Positions 16,275 through 24,000 of a DNA stretch of 24,000 nt are shown in pieces. Each line of letters begins with the position of its first letter. The stretch's first letter is position 1. Position numbers and translations under genes: made by a program. Below the pieces are notes generated by a model. It was not told the DNA's origin. It did not search any database and saw only the letters and a list, made by a program, of their open reading frames with translations. This DNA is from Shewanella denitrificans OS217 (GTDB lineage: Bacteria; Pseudomonadota; Gammaproteobacteria; Enterobacterales; Shewanellaceae), in the NCBI RefSeq assembly GCF_000013765.1, contig NC_007954.1:3540979-3564978 (forward strand), read 5' to 3'.

Positions 16275-17474
16275 ATGTGCCAATATTTATCATTTAACTC
16301 ATCACTTAAAATATTTGCTTTGTTGCTACTCTGCTTACCCGTTTCGGCACACCCCATACAAACGCAATTAACACCTAATTATCAACAAAATGTTGAAGGT
16401 TTAAGGGCGAATAAAGCGCTACAAGCCATGCCTGATATAGTTCAGCGATACCAAGGGATATATCAGGGATTTAGCCAGCAATATCAACAGAGTCAAAATG
16501 AGTTGCAGCTCACAGCCTTAGCAGCATCGCACGGCACTCGGCTGTGGCAGCAGGCAGTCCGTGATGTTCAGTCAGGATTTGTTGATGATAGACCCTTGTA
16601 CTGGGGCCGTTTGATGATGCAAAACCAGCTAGGACAGCTAAGAGCGGGTTTCTCTGTTGCAAGTTGGCAAAAAGCCATCTTACAAAAAACCATCGAGAAG
16701 ACTTCACGTGGATTGAGCGATATTCAGTTCGACCCCGCCAATGACATTAATGTCTTATTGACTGGATTCGATCCTTTCTTTCTCGATAAAGACATAAGCC
16801 AAAGCAATCCTTCAGGCGTCGTCGCACTGGCTCTTGATGGCTATCGATTTACAGTCAATGGCAAAAAAGTACAAATAGAAACCGCCATGATCCCAGTGCG
16901 CTTTAACGATTTTGACATGGGTCTGATTGAGTCTTTATTAACTCCTTGGTATCGAAGCCGCCAAGTGCAAATGGTGCTGACCATCAGCATGGGCAGAGAA
17001 GGGTTTGACTTGGAAAGATTTCCGGGACTTAATCGCAGTGCAGAGGCGCCAGATAACCTAAACAGTGTAACTCATGCCAGCCCCTCATATCCTAAACCCC
17101 CGCTATTTAACGGCCGTCAACTCATGGGCCCGGAATTTGTCGAGTTCTCTCTTCCTGTGTCAGCGATGGCCGCAGTCAAAGGCCCGTGGAAAGTCACAGA
17201 TAACCGCCGAGTGACTAGCTTAGCTAAAGGCTCATTCGAGGCAAATTCATTAGCGGAACTGGCATCAGAAACCTCAGTTGAAGGTTCTGGAGGGGGATAT
17301 CTTTCCAATGAAATTTCCTACCGCAGCTTGTTACTGAAACAGCAATTGGGCTTAACTATCCCGGTGGGCCACATTCATACTCCTAGAGTCAGTGGCCATG
17401 ATGCACAAAATGAAGCTAAAATACTCGAGCAAGTTCGCGCCATGATTGAGGCTGCGGCAAGTACGATAAATTAA
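16275..17474 (+). CDS. Secreted peptidase C15 (pyroglutamyl-peptidase I)-fold protein with an N-terminal extension of about 150 aa; Ser at the nucleophile position
   Basis: The signal peptide is MCQYLSFNSSLKIFALLLLCLPVSAHP. NVLLTGFDPF matches the Pcp N-terminus (KVLLTGFDPF). LERFPGLN aligns with the catalytic Glu block, GGGYLSNEISY with AGTFVCNHLFY (Cys replaced by Ser), and VGHIHTP with GGFIHIP (His retained). Confidence 0.6.
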   Translation: MCQYLSFNSSLKIFALLLLCLPVSAHPIQTQLTPNYQQNVEGLRANKALQAMPDIVQRYQGIYQGFSQQYQQSQNELQLTALAASHGTRLWQQAVRDVQSGFVDDRPLYWGRLMMQNQLGQLRAGFSVASWQKAILQKTIEKTSRGLSDIQFDPANDINVLLTGFDPFFLDKDISQSNPSGVVALALDGYRFTVNGKKVQIETAMIPVRFNDFDMGLIESLLTPWYRSRQVQMVLTISMGREGFDLERFPGLNRSAEAPDNLNSVTHASPSYPKPPLFNGRQLMGPEFVEFSLPVSAMAAVKGPWKVTDNRRVTSLAKGSFEANSLAELASETSVEGSGGGYLSNEISYRSLLLKQQLGLTIPVGHIHTPRVSGHDAQNEAKILEQVRAMIEAAASTIN

Positions 17475-17498
17475 CCCGCTTATTAATAAACACTCGCT

Positions 17499-18164
17499 GT
17501 GCCAATGAAAATCATTCCATTGGCTTTTGCCTTAAGAGCTCAGATATATTTTATGTTTTCATCCTTGTTCAGTCGCCAGAGTAAGACTAAAAAACCGGCT
17601 AACCCATCAGCATGCACATCGGTACTCCAAAGAGCGACGATAAAACACAGTGCACAGTTAACCCCCTTACAAGCACAAATCATAGAACGCGTTGAACAAG
17701 ATTATTTGCAGGCAGAACAGTTCTTTAAACGCTCATTCTCTCGTCCAGAGCTGCTATTCACCTTAAGAGGAAAAAGTGCCGGTACGGCGCACCTGCAACT
17801 CAATAAAATCCGCTTAAACCCCATTTTATTGGCGGAAAACCCCGAAGCGTTCCTGACACAAGTGGTCAGCCATGAAATAGCACATTTACTCTGCTATCAA
17901 GTCTATGGCAAGGTCAAACCTCATGGGCAGGAGTGGCAAGGTATCATGGCACAAGTCTTTAACCTTCAGCCTCACACCACGCATCAACTCAATACCCAAT
18001 CTGTCACCGGCCAAGAGTTTGAGTATCTGTGCAACTGCGGCTCAATAAACTTATCCATACGGCGCCACAATCGCGTCCAGCGAGGGCAGAATCAGTATAG
18101 ATGCAAGGTCTGCATGCAAACCCTTAAACCTGCCACAGTTTCTCCCTCTAAAACCATAGCGTAA
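17499..18164 (+). CDS. sprT: SprT-family zinc metalloprotease-like protein
   Basis: RGKSAGTAHLQLNKIRLNPILL, the HEIAHL zinc motif, PHGQEWQ and the C-terminal zinc ribbon (CNCG...RRHNRV...YRCKVC) align with E. coli SprT. The start is uncertain: GTG 17499, ATG 17505 or ATG 17553. Confidence 0.85.
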   Translation: MPMKIIPLAFALRAQIYFMFSSLFSRQSKTKKPANPSACTSVLQRATIKHSAQLTPLQAQIIERVEQDYLQAEQFFKRSFSRPELLFTLRGKSAGTAHLQLNKIRLNPILLAENPEAFLTQVVSHEIAHLLCYQVYGKVKPHGQEWQGIMAQVFNLQPHTTHQLNTQSVTGQEFEYLCNCGSINLSIRRHNRVQRGQNQYRCKVCMQTLKPATVSPSKTIA

Positions 18165-18179
18165 AGTGCGTTTAAATCA

Positions 18180-18989
18180 TTGCCTCGTAAGCCAGATTCG
18201 CCTAGTATCCCCAGGCTTGTAATACTGATTATCATCTTAGATTTGGACATTCAATTGCCCCGTATTAAATTCAAATATTTTTCTCTATTTGTAGGTGTTT
18301 TCTGCGCCTTATTCAGCTCTGTCAGTCAAAGCACCGAGCATGCCAGTAGTTTTAGACAAGCCAAGAAAATGGCCCAAGGGATTTATAGCGACTTACCGCT
18401 GGCAAGTTTTTACTGTGGCTGCGATATCAAAATTGACGGAAAAAAATGGCAGCCACAATTTGAGTCCTGTGGTTTTAAAGTTCGCAAACAAGCCAAAAGA
18501 GCGCAACGAATTGAATGGGAGCACTTGGTCCCCGCGTGGGAATTTGGCCATCAAATGCAATGCTGGCAACAAGGTGGCCGTAAATTTTGCAGTAAAAACA
18601 GCCCAGAATTTAATAAAATGGAGGCTGACTTACATAACTTAGTGCCCGCCATTGGTGAAGTGAACGGCGATCGCAGTAACTACCGATTCAGTGAATGGAA
18701 CGGTAAAGCTAATCAGTATGGTCGTTGTGATATGTTAGTGAATTTTAAAGACCGAAAAGTGCAGCCTCCTGCAAGTTCCCGTGGTGCCATAGCTAGAGCT
18801 TATTTTTACATGCAACAACGTTATGGCTTGCGAATTTCCAGCAGCCAATCAAAGTTATTTTCGGCCTGGGACAAACAATATGCGGTCAATAGTATAGAAT
18901 GCAAACGTGATAGATTAATTGCCCAATCTCAGGGGAATCACAATGAATTTGTTCAGAAATCCTGCCTCAAACTCGGCTTAATAAACTAA
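18180..18989 (+). CDS. endA: Periplasmic endonuclease I
   Basis: [66 protein letters not shown] and QGNHNEFVQ align with E. coli EndA. The true start is probably the internal TTG at 18255, which gives the signal peptide [26 protein letters not shown]. No in-frame ATG precedes the signal peptide. Confidence 0.88.
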   Translation: MPRKPDSPSIPRLVILIIILDLDIQLPRIKFKYFSLFVGVFCALFSSVSQSTEHASSFRQAKKMAQGIYSDLPLASFYCGCDIKIDGKKWQPQFESCGFKVRKQAKRAQRIEWEHLVPAWEFGHQMQCWQQGGRKFCSKNSPEFNKMEADLHNLVPAIGEVNGDRSNYRFSEWNGKANQYGRCDMLVNFKDRKVQPPASSRGAIARAYFYMQQRYGLRISSSQSKLFSAWDKQYAVNSIECKRDRLIAQSQGNHNEFVQKSCLKLGLIN

Positions 18990-19002
18990 AGGTTAGACTG
19001 TT

Positions 19003-19737
19003 ATGAGAGTCCCACGCATTTACCAATCCATCGCCCAGCTTGAGATCGGCCAAGCCTATTCTCTCGATGAAGACGGCGCAGCTCATATCGGTAGAGTCCT
19101 TCGAATGAGTGAAGGCGAGCAAGTGATGCTTTTCAACGGCGATGGCAAAGATTACTTAGCCGATATCACCAGTGCCAGCAAAAAAAATATCACGATCACC
19201 ATCATTAGCATGGAAGATAATCGCAGTGAATCGGGTCTGAATTTACACTTAGGCCAAGTTATCTCCCGTGGTGACAGGATGGAGTTCACCATTCAAAAGT
19301 CGGTGGAATTAGGGGTGAATACCATTACCCCTTTATTCTCAGAACGTTGCGGTGTAAAACTAACCGGCGAGCGATTAGAAAAGAAAATCAATCAATGGCA
19401 AAAAATCGTCATCAGCGCCTGTGAACAATCCGGTCGCAGCCAAGTGCCCCTCATTCGTCCGGCCATGGATGTTGCCGCTTGGTGCCAAGAGCCTAGCCAA
19501 GCCTTAAAGCTTAATTTACACCCAAGAGCCAGCCATGGCATTAAGGGGTTAACGCTCGAAAATCCAAGAGTTCGATTACTCATAGGCCCTGAGGGTGGCT
19601 TGTCTAGTGAAGAAATTCTCATGACAGAGCAGTGTGACTTTACCGATGTCTTGCTTGGCCCTAGAGTGTTAAGGACTGAAACGGCTTCATTAACCGCTAT
19701 AACAGCGTTGCAGTTAACTTTTGGCGATCTCGGCTAA
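19003..19737 (+). CDS. rsmE: 16S rRNA (uracil1498-N3)-methyltransferase
   Basis: It is near-colinear with E. coli RsmE: MRVPRIYQ..., [54 protein letters not shown] and FGDLG. Confidence 0.93.
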   Translation: MRVPRIYQSIAQLEIGQAYSLDEDGAAHIGRVLRMSEGEQVMLFNGDGKDYLADITSASKKNITITIISMEDNRSESGLNLHLGQVISRGDRMEFTIQKSVELGVNTITPLFSERCGVKLTGERLEKKINQWQKIVISACEQSGRSQVPLIRPAMDVAAWCQEPSQALKLNLHPRASHGIKGLTLENPRVRLLIGPEGGLSSEEILMTEQCDFTDVLLGPRVLRTETASLTAITALQLTFGDLG

Positions 19738-19772
19738 GCCTCGCCCCCCATTTAGACTTACTAGGAGAGATC

Positions 19773-20732
19773 ATGCTTAAGCTAGGTATAGTGATGGACC
19801 CAATCAGTGCCATCAACATAAAAAAAGATTCAAGTTTTGCCATGCTATTGGCCGCTCAGGCTCGTGGTTACCAATTGTTCTATATGGAAATGCAAGATCT
19901 TGCCATGGTCAATGGTAAGGCGATGGCCAAGATGCGCGCCCTAAAGGTTAAGCAAGATCCGGCCCAGTGGTATGAGCTAGCTGAGAGCATAGATACGCCG
20001 CTATCTGAGCTTGATGTGGTACTGATGCGCAAAGATCCTCCCTTCGATACCGAGTATATTTACGCCACTTATATGTTGGAGCGCGCCGAAGAAGAAGGGG
20101 TGTTAATCGTCAACAAGCCCCAAAGTCTGCGCGATGCCAATGAAAAACTGTTCACGGCCTGGTTTAGCGAATTCACACCAGAAACCATAGTGACAAGAGA
20201 TGCGGCGCGCATCCGTGAGTTTCATAAACAAAAACAAGACATTATATTAAAACCTTTAGATGGCATGGGCGGCACATCTATTTTTCGCGTTAAAAAGGAC
20301 GACCCTAACGTCGGAGTTATCATAGAAACCTTAACCAGCTATGGTCAACAGTACGCCATGGCCCAAGCCTTTATCCCTGAAATCACCCAAGGTGATAAAC
20401 GCATCTTGGTTGTCGATGGAGAGCCTGTGCCTTATTCGTTAGCACGGGTGCCCATGAAAGGTGAAACTCGTGGCAACCTAGCTGCAGGTGGCAGCGGTGT
20501 ACCGCAAGCGTTATCAGAAAGCGATTGGCACATTGCTCGTTCAATCGGACCAGAGCTGAAAAAGCGCGGCTTAATATTTGTAGGACTCGATGTCATCGGC
20601 GACAAACTCACCGAAATCAACGTCACCAGTCCCACCTGTATTCGCGAAATTGAAGCCGCGTTCGATGTGGATATTACCGGCATGCTGATGGACGCTATCG
20701 AGCGCCGCGTTAAACAAAAAACTCAAGGATAA
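19773..20732 (+). CDS. gshB: Glutathione synthetase
   Basis: MLKLGIVMDPI, KKDSSFAMLL, MRKDPPFDTEYIYATYMLERAE, ILKPLDGMGG, VVDGEPVPY, GETRGNLAAGG and LTEINVTSPTCIREIE align with E. coli GshB. Confidence 0.95.
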   Translation: MLKLGIVMDPISAINIKKDSSFAMLLAAQARGYQLFYMEMQDLAMVNGKAMAKMRALKVKQDPAQWYELAESIDTPLSELDVVLMRKDPPFDTEYIYATYMLERAEEEGVLIVNKPQSLRDANEKLFTAWFSEFTPETIVTRDAARIREFHKQKQDIILKPLDGMGGTSIFRVKKDDPNVGVIIETLTSYGQQYAMAQAFIPEITQGDKRILVVDGEPVPYSLARVPMKGETRGNLAAGGSGVPQALSESDWHIARSIGPELKKRGLIFVGLDVIGDKLTEINVTSPTCIREIEAAFDVDITGMLMDAIERRVKQKTQG

Positions 20733-20734
20733 TT

Positions 20735-22120
20735 ATGCGCCTTACATCACTACTTAGCCTGCTGACCGGCGTTGCAATTGCCATCACAGCTGTGGCTGCC
20801 GTTCCCGCCAATGCTTTAGAAGTATTTACCGCCTCAGAGTCCAATGTGCCAAATGCAGGCCCTGCAAGGCCAAAAAATATCATCATTATGATTGGCGATG
20901 GCATGGGCCCAGCCTACCCCACAGCTTATCGGTATTTTAAGGATAATCCTGACACTCAAGAAATTGAGCAAACCGTGTTTGATCGTCTTTTAGTCGGCAT
21001 GGCCAGTACTTATCCAGAAAGAAGCAGCGGCTATGTCACAGATTCTGCAGCCGCGGCAACGGCATTGGCCACCGGCTTTAAAAGCTACAATGGTGCTATT
21101 TCAGTGGACATCAATAAGCAACCACTGACCACCCTAATGGAACACGCCAAATCACTCGGTATGGCGACGGGCATTGCTGTCACAAGCCAAGTGAACCACG
21201 CGACGCCAGCAGCCTTCTTAACCCATAACGAAAGTAGAAAAAACTATCTTGATATCGCGCAGTCCTACCTTGCAACAGGTACGGATGTTATTTTAGGTGG
21301 CGGACAAGATTATTTCTCCCAAGACTTATTGGCACAATTTGTCGCTAAAGGCTATGAATATGCCACGGATAAAAAAAGTTTAGCCAAGGCAAAAAGCCCT
21401 AAAGTCATCGGCTTATTTGCACCGGTTCAATTGCCTTGGGCCGTGAATAATAAAGAGGGTCTGCAACTGAGTCAGCTCACCAAGAAGGCGTTAAGCTTAC
21501 TGTCGCAGCAAGAACAAGGATTCGTATTATTAGTAGAAGGCAGCCTTATCGACTGGGCTGGACACAGTAATGATATCGTCTCTGCCATGGGTGAAATGCA
21601 AGAGTTTGCCGCCAGTATCGAAGTGGCCGAACAATTTGCCAGACAAAACAAAGACACCTTGGTTATCATCACTGCCGACCACAATACTGGCGGCCTCTCA
21701 ATTGGCGCTAACGGTGAGTATGCATGGCATCCTGAGGTCATAAAAAATGTCAAAGCGAGCCCTGATAGTATTGCTAAACAATTAATTGATACTGAGGCTT
21801 GGTTGAGCTCATTTACGCAACTTGTGGGCTTTGAGCCGCTAGACTCTGAATGGTCATTATTATTAAAAGCCAAAGAAAAGGGTTTAGATGATTTCACCTT
21901 GGCCATTAGCCGACTTATCGATAAACGCTCAGGGACGGGCTGGACTACCTTTGGCCACACAGCCTTAGATGTGCCCGTTTATGCCACGGGGCCTGGTGCT
22001 AAATTATTTTTCGGCTTTCAAGATAATACCGACATTGCCAATAAAATTTTTAGTCTTTTACCTAAGCCAGAAATGATCCAAGACACACCAGACAAGGGCG
22101 CACCAGTCAGTGAGCTCTAA
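20735..22120 (+). CDS. Secreted alkaline phosphatase (PhoA family)
   Basis: The signal peptide is MRLTSLLSLLTGVAIAITAVAAVPANA. The active-site serine motif is VTDSAAAATALATG. The metal-ligand blocks are IIMIGDGMG, DWAGHSND and TADHNTGG...GHT. Confidence 0.88.
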   Translation: MRLTSLLSLLTGVAIAITAVAAVPANALEVFTASESNVPNAGPARPKNIIIMIGDGMGPAYPTAYRYFKDNPDTQEIEQTVFDRLLVGMASTYPERSSGYVTDSAAAATALATGFKSYNGAISVDINKQPLTTLMEHAKSLGMATGIAVTSQVNHATPAAFLTHNESRKNYLDIAQSYLATGTDVILGGGQDYFSQDLLAQFVAKGYEYATDKKSLAKAKSPKVIGLFAPVQLPWAVNNKEGLQLSQLTKKALSLLSQQEQGFVLLVEGSLIDWAGHSNDIVSAMGEMQEFAASIEVAEQFARQNKDTLVIITADHNTGGLSIGANGEYAWHPEVIKNVKASPDSIAKQLIDTEAWLSSFTQLVGFEPLDSEWSLLLKAKEKGLDDFTLAISRLIDKRSGTGWTTFGHTALDVPVYATGPGAKLFFGFQDNTDIANKIFSLLPKPEMIQDTPDKGAPVSEL

Positions 22121-22148
22121 TTGCTTGGTGAACTTATTTTAGAGAGAG

Positions 22149-22181
22149 AAATTTAGGGAGCTTAAGCTCCCTAAATTTTTA
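22149..22181 (+). terminator. Rho-independent terminator after the alkaline phosphatase gene
   Basis: The perfect palindrome ATTTAGGGAGCTT/AAGCTCCCTAAAT (22151-22176) is followed by TTTTT. Confidence 0.75.
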
Positions 22182-22206
22182 CTGTAGGTCACTAAATCGT
22201 TATAAT
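22178..22206 (+). promoter_or_regulatory. Candidate sigma-70 promoter for rsmC
   Basis: The -35 is TTTACT (22178-22183), the spacer is 17 bp and the -10 is TATAAT (22201-22206), about 20 nt upstream of the first possible start codon. Confidence 0.4.
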
Positions 22207-22224
22207 CGAACCACTCACCTTTAA

Positions 22225-23274
22225 TTGGCCAGCACAGTGCTTAGTAATTCATCTCAAGTTATTCTTCGTAATAGTGATTATTTTCAACACCAAGATGTGC
22301 TAATCCTCAATTATGAGGCCGACACCTTGGGATTAAGCCTATTAGCCCATGCCAAGTCAGTTACTGCACTAGCGCTTGATTTTAATCATTATTTACAGCT
22401 AGCAGCAAAGGAGCAGCCGCAGCTTGCTTGTTTTTTTGGCCACACCTTACCAAGCTCTTTCGCGGGAAAAACCTTCGATAGCGTGATAGTTTTCTTTCCA
22501 AAGGCCAAATCCTTAGCCCCATACTTATTTGAACTTGCAGCGAATCATCTCAATATTGACGGTCAGTTGATGATAGTCGGCGACAATAAAGGCGGTATAA
22601 AGTCGGTAGCTAAGCTCATTCCAGACTGTTTTAGCGCGCCGGTAAAAAGAGACAATGCCAGACATTGCTTGCTTTACACCTGCCAGCTAGAACGGCAAGG
22701 CAGAGACTTCAAACTAGAGAATTGGCTAAGCCAATACAGCCTGAGCACGCCTCAGGGTGAAATCATCATTTGTAATCTGGTGGGGGTATTTAGTGAGAAA
22801 CACTTAGATCTCGGCACTGAATTACTGCTCTCTCACTTGCCGAAGCTTGAAGGTCGTGTGCTTGACTTTGGTTGTGGTGCAGGGGTGATCACTGTCGCCC
22901 TACTTAAGGCCATGCCTAAACTTGAACTTGAATGCATAGACATCAATGCTATGGCATTAGCCTCTTGCGAATTAACCTTACAAGCCAATAAGTTACAAGC
23001 CAAAGTTTATCCTTCAGATGGATTAACCCAAGTCACAGGCGCGTTCGATGCCATTATTTCCAACCCGCCCTTTCATGATGGTCTCACCAGCACCACAGAT
23101 ATCGCCACCCAATTTGTGGCCATGAGCGAGAAGCAGCTTAAATCGAAGGGGATTTGGCAAATTGTCGCCAATCGCCACTTACCCTATGCAAGCACCATAG
23201 CGCAAGTGTTTGGCAACTTTGACGTGCCCGCTGAAAACAATAAATTTAAACTCTACGCCTGCCGTAAAAAATAA
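22225..23274 (+). CDS. rsmC: 16S rRNA (guanine1207-N2)-methyltransferase
   Basis: VILRNSDYF, the SAM-binding motif [10 protein letters not shown], the NPPFH catalytic motif and IVANRHLPY are colinear with E. coli RsmC. The start is uncertain: TTG 22225 or GTG 22237. Confidence 0.9.
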   Translation: MASTVLSNSSQVILRNSDYFQHQDVLILNYEADTLGLSLLAHAKSVTALALDFNHYLQLAAKEQPQLACFFGHTLPSSFAGKTFDSVIVFFPKAKSLAPYLFELAANHLNIDGQLMIVGDNKGGIKSVAKLIPDCFSAPVKRDNARHCLLYTCQLERQGRDFKLENWLSQYSLSTPQGEIIICNLVGVFSEKHLDLGTELLLSHLPKLEGRVLDFGCGAGVITVALLKAMPKLELECIDINAMALASCELTLQANKLQAKVYPSDGLTQVTGAFDAIISNPPFHDGLTSTTDIATQFVAMSEKQLKSKGIWQIVANRHLPYASTIAQVFGNFDVPAENNKFKLYACRKK

Positions 23275-23561
23275 ACCTTCTGCCAGAAAGACTCGATTTT
23301 AATAATTTCCATATTAGACCAGCCAAGTAGCCTTGAGCTGGCCTAGATCACAAGCATCAGGGTTATTTGTCAATTAGGCTGGAGTTAGTCAATAAATTCA
23401 GTTAGATTCTTAAGGTCTGTTGAGCTTTTAAGAGATTAAAATAAAGCACAAACACGTTTATCAACAACAACTCAATAAAACAAAAGATAAACAAACGCTT
23501 CTGCTGTAAGCGTTAAACGTCAGACGATACACTTGGAATAATAATAAAACAAAGGGATCCT

Positions 23562-24000
23562 ATGTTGGAGTCAAGCTTAGCGTCATTTAGCGCTGATAAG
23601 AATCAAGTCGAATTACGTATTGTTCCAAGTACTCACGGTCCTGTGAGTGAAGATGATATTAAGCAACTATTGACCCAAAAAGACTTTGCTATGTTATGTC
23701 CAATGCTGGCTAATATCGAAAAAGCCTGCAAAGAAGTTAATGCGCTCTGCAATCAAGATGCGGGGAAACATGAACTTTTTTTTATTATTGGTGAACGCCG
23801 TGATGGCAAAGCCGAGGTGACTGTCAGCGCCGATAAAATGGTTGCAAGTATGAAAATAACAGCCGCGTGGGGCGGCAAGGAAATCAGCTTAACGGATGTG
23901 CTCAATTGCCTTAAGAGCAACAAAATAAAAATGGGCTTAAGCAAGCCAAAAATTCAAGCCCTTCTCAGTCAATTAAACTTCCTTCCACCCGGCGAAAGTA
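23562..24000 (+). CDS. DUF342 (flagellar-assembly FapA-named family) protein, N-terminal part; continues beyond the window end
   Basis: Own translation from the ATG at 23562, with an AAGGGA Shine-Dalgarno 6 nt upstream: MLESSLASFSADKNQVELRIVP...GKAEVTVSADKMVASMKITAAWGGKEISLTDVLNCLKSNKIKMGLSKPKIQALL. The frame is open to the window end. The pattern V-VS-D-M-A-x-hydrophobic...G-x-x-ls...gI-x-G is typical of DUF342 N-termini, from memory. Confidence 0.5.
   Translation, partial: MLESSLASFSADKNQVELRIVPSTHGPVSEDDIKQLLTQKDFAMLCPMLANIEKACKEVNALCNQDAGKHELFFIIGERRDGKAEVTVSADKMVASMKITAAWGGKEISLTDVLNCLKSNKIKMGLSKPKIQALLSQLNFLPPGES

Noticed and set aside
15029-21960. Antisense or overlapping small ORFs 15029-15223, 16510-16707, 17117-17308, 18295-18642, 19392-19622, 20432-20683, 20710-20904, 21472-21960, plus 23753-23944
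   Set aside because: Each overlaps a confidently identified gene on the other strand or in another frame, and none has recognisable features.
23562-24000. DUF342 protein as the missing FapA of the amyloid operon
   Set aside because: This is a name coincidence only. The DUF342 family is called FapA for flagellar assembly protein A, it is unrelated to the amyloid FapA, and it lies 9 kb away on the other strand.
1-24000. Search for CRISPR arrays, tRNA/rRNA genes, integrases or phage/defence modules
   Set aside because: I could recognise no regularly spaced direct repeats, no cloverleaf-like or rRNA-like sequence, and no recombinase other than the IS transposase.

Overview
The window looks like a chromosomal segment from a Shewanella-like (Alteromonadales) gammaproteobacterium. 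This taxonomic call is an inference from protein content; no database search was possible. Conserved genes flank both sides. On the left are an EF-G paralogue (partial), a PBPb-GGDEF diguanylate cyclase gene split by an IS10-like insertion with a perfect 9-bp target duplication, a 1517-aa fused carboxyltransferase/biotin carboxylase/BCCP gene (AccADC type) and a divergent LysR regulator. On the right are sprT-endA-rsmE-gshB, an alkaline phosphatase, rsmC and a partial DUF342 gene. Between them (about 9.7-17.5 kb) lies an accessory block. Its core is a minus-strand operon whose gene content and order match the Pseudomonas Fap functional-amyloid system. It encodes two secreted proteins with three N/Q/G-rich GNIGVNxAxGxxNxQxN-type repeats each (FapB/FapC-like), a periplasmic C39 peptidase (FapD-like), a secreted 237-aa protein in the FapE position, and a coiled-coil plus beta-barrel outer-membrane protein (FapF-like). 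No fapA equivalent is present. A near-consensus sigma-54 promoter (TGGCAT-N5-TTGC) sits directly upstream of the operon, next to a VpsR/FleQ-like enhancer-binding protein with an intact GAFTGA motif. The FapF-like gene is split by a 1-nt frameshift in a short region containing homopolymer tracts. A divergently transcribed secreted C15 (pyroglutamyl-peptidase)-fold protein has Ser in place of the catalytic Cys. No rRNA, tRNA or CRISPR array was seen. All family assignments rest on motifs read from the translations and recalled family signatures, not on searches.
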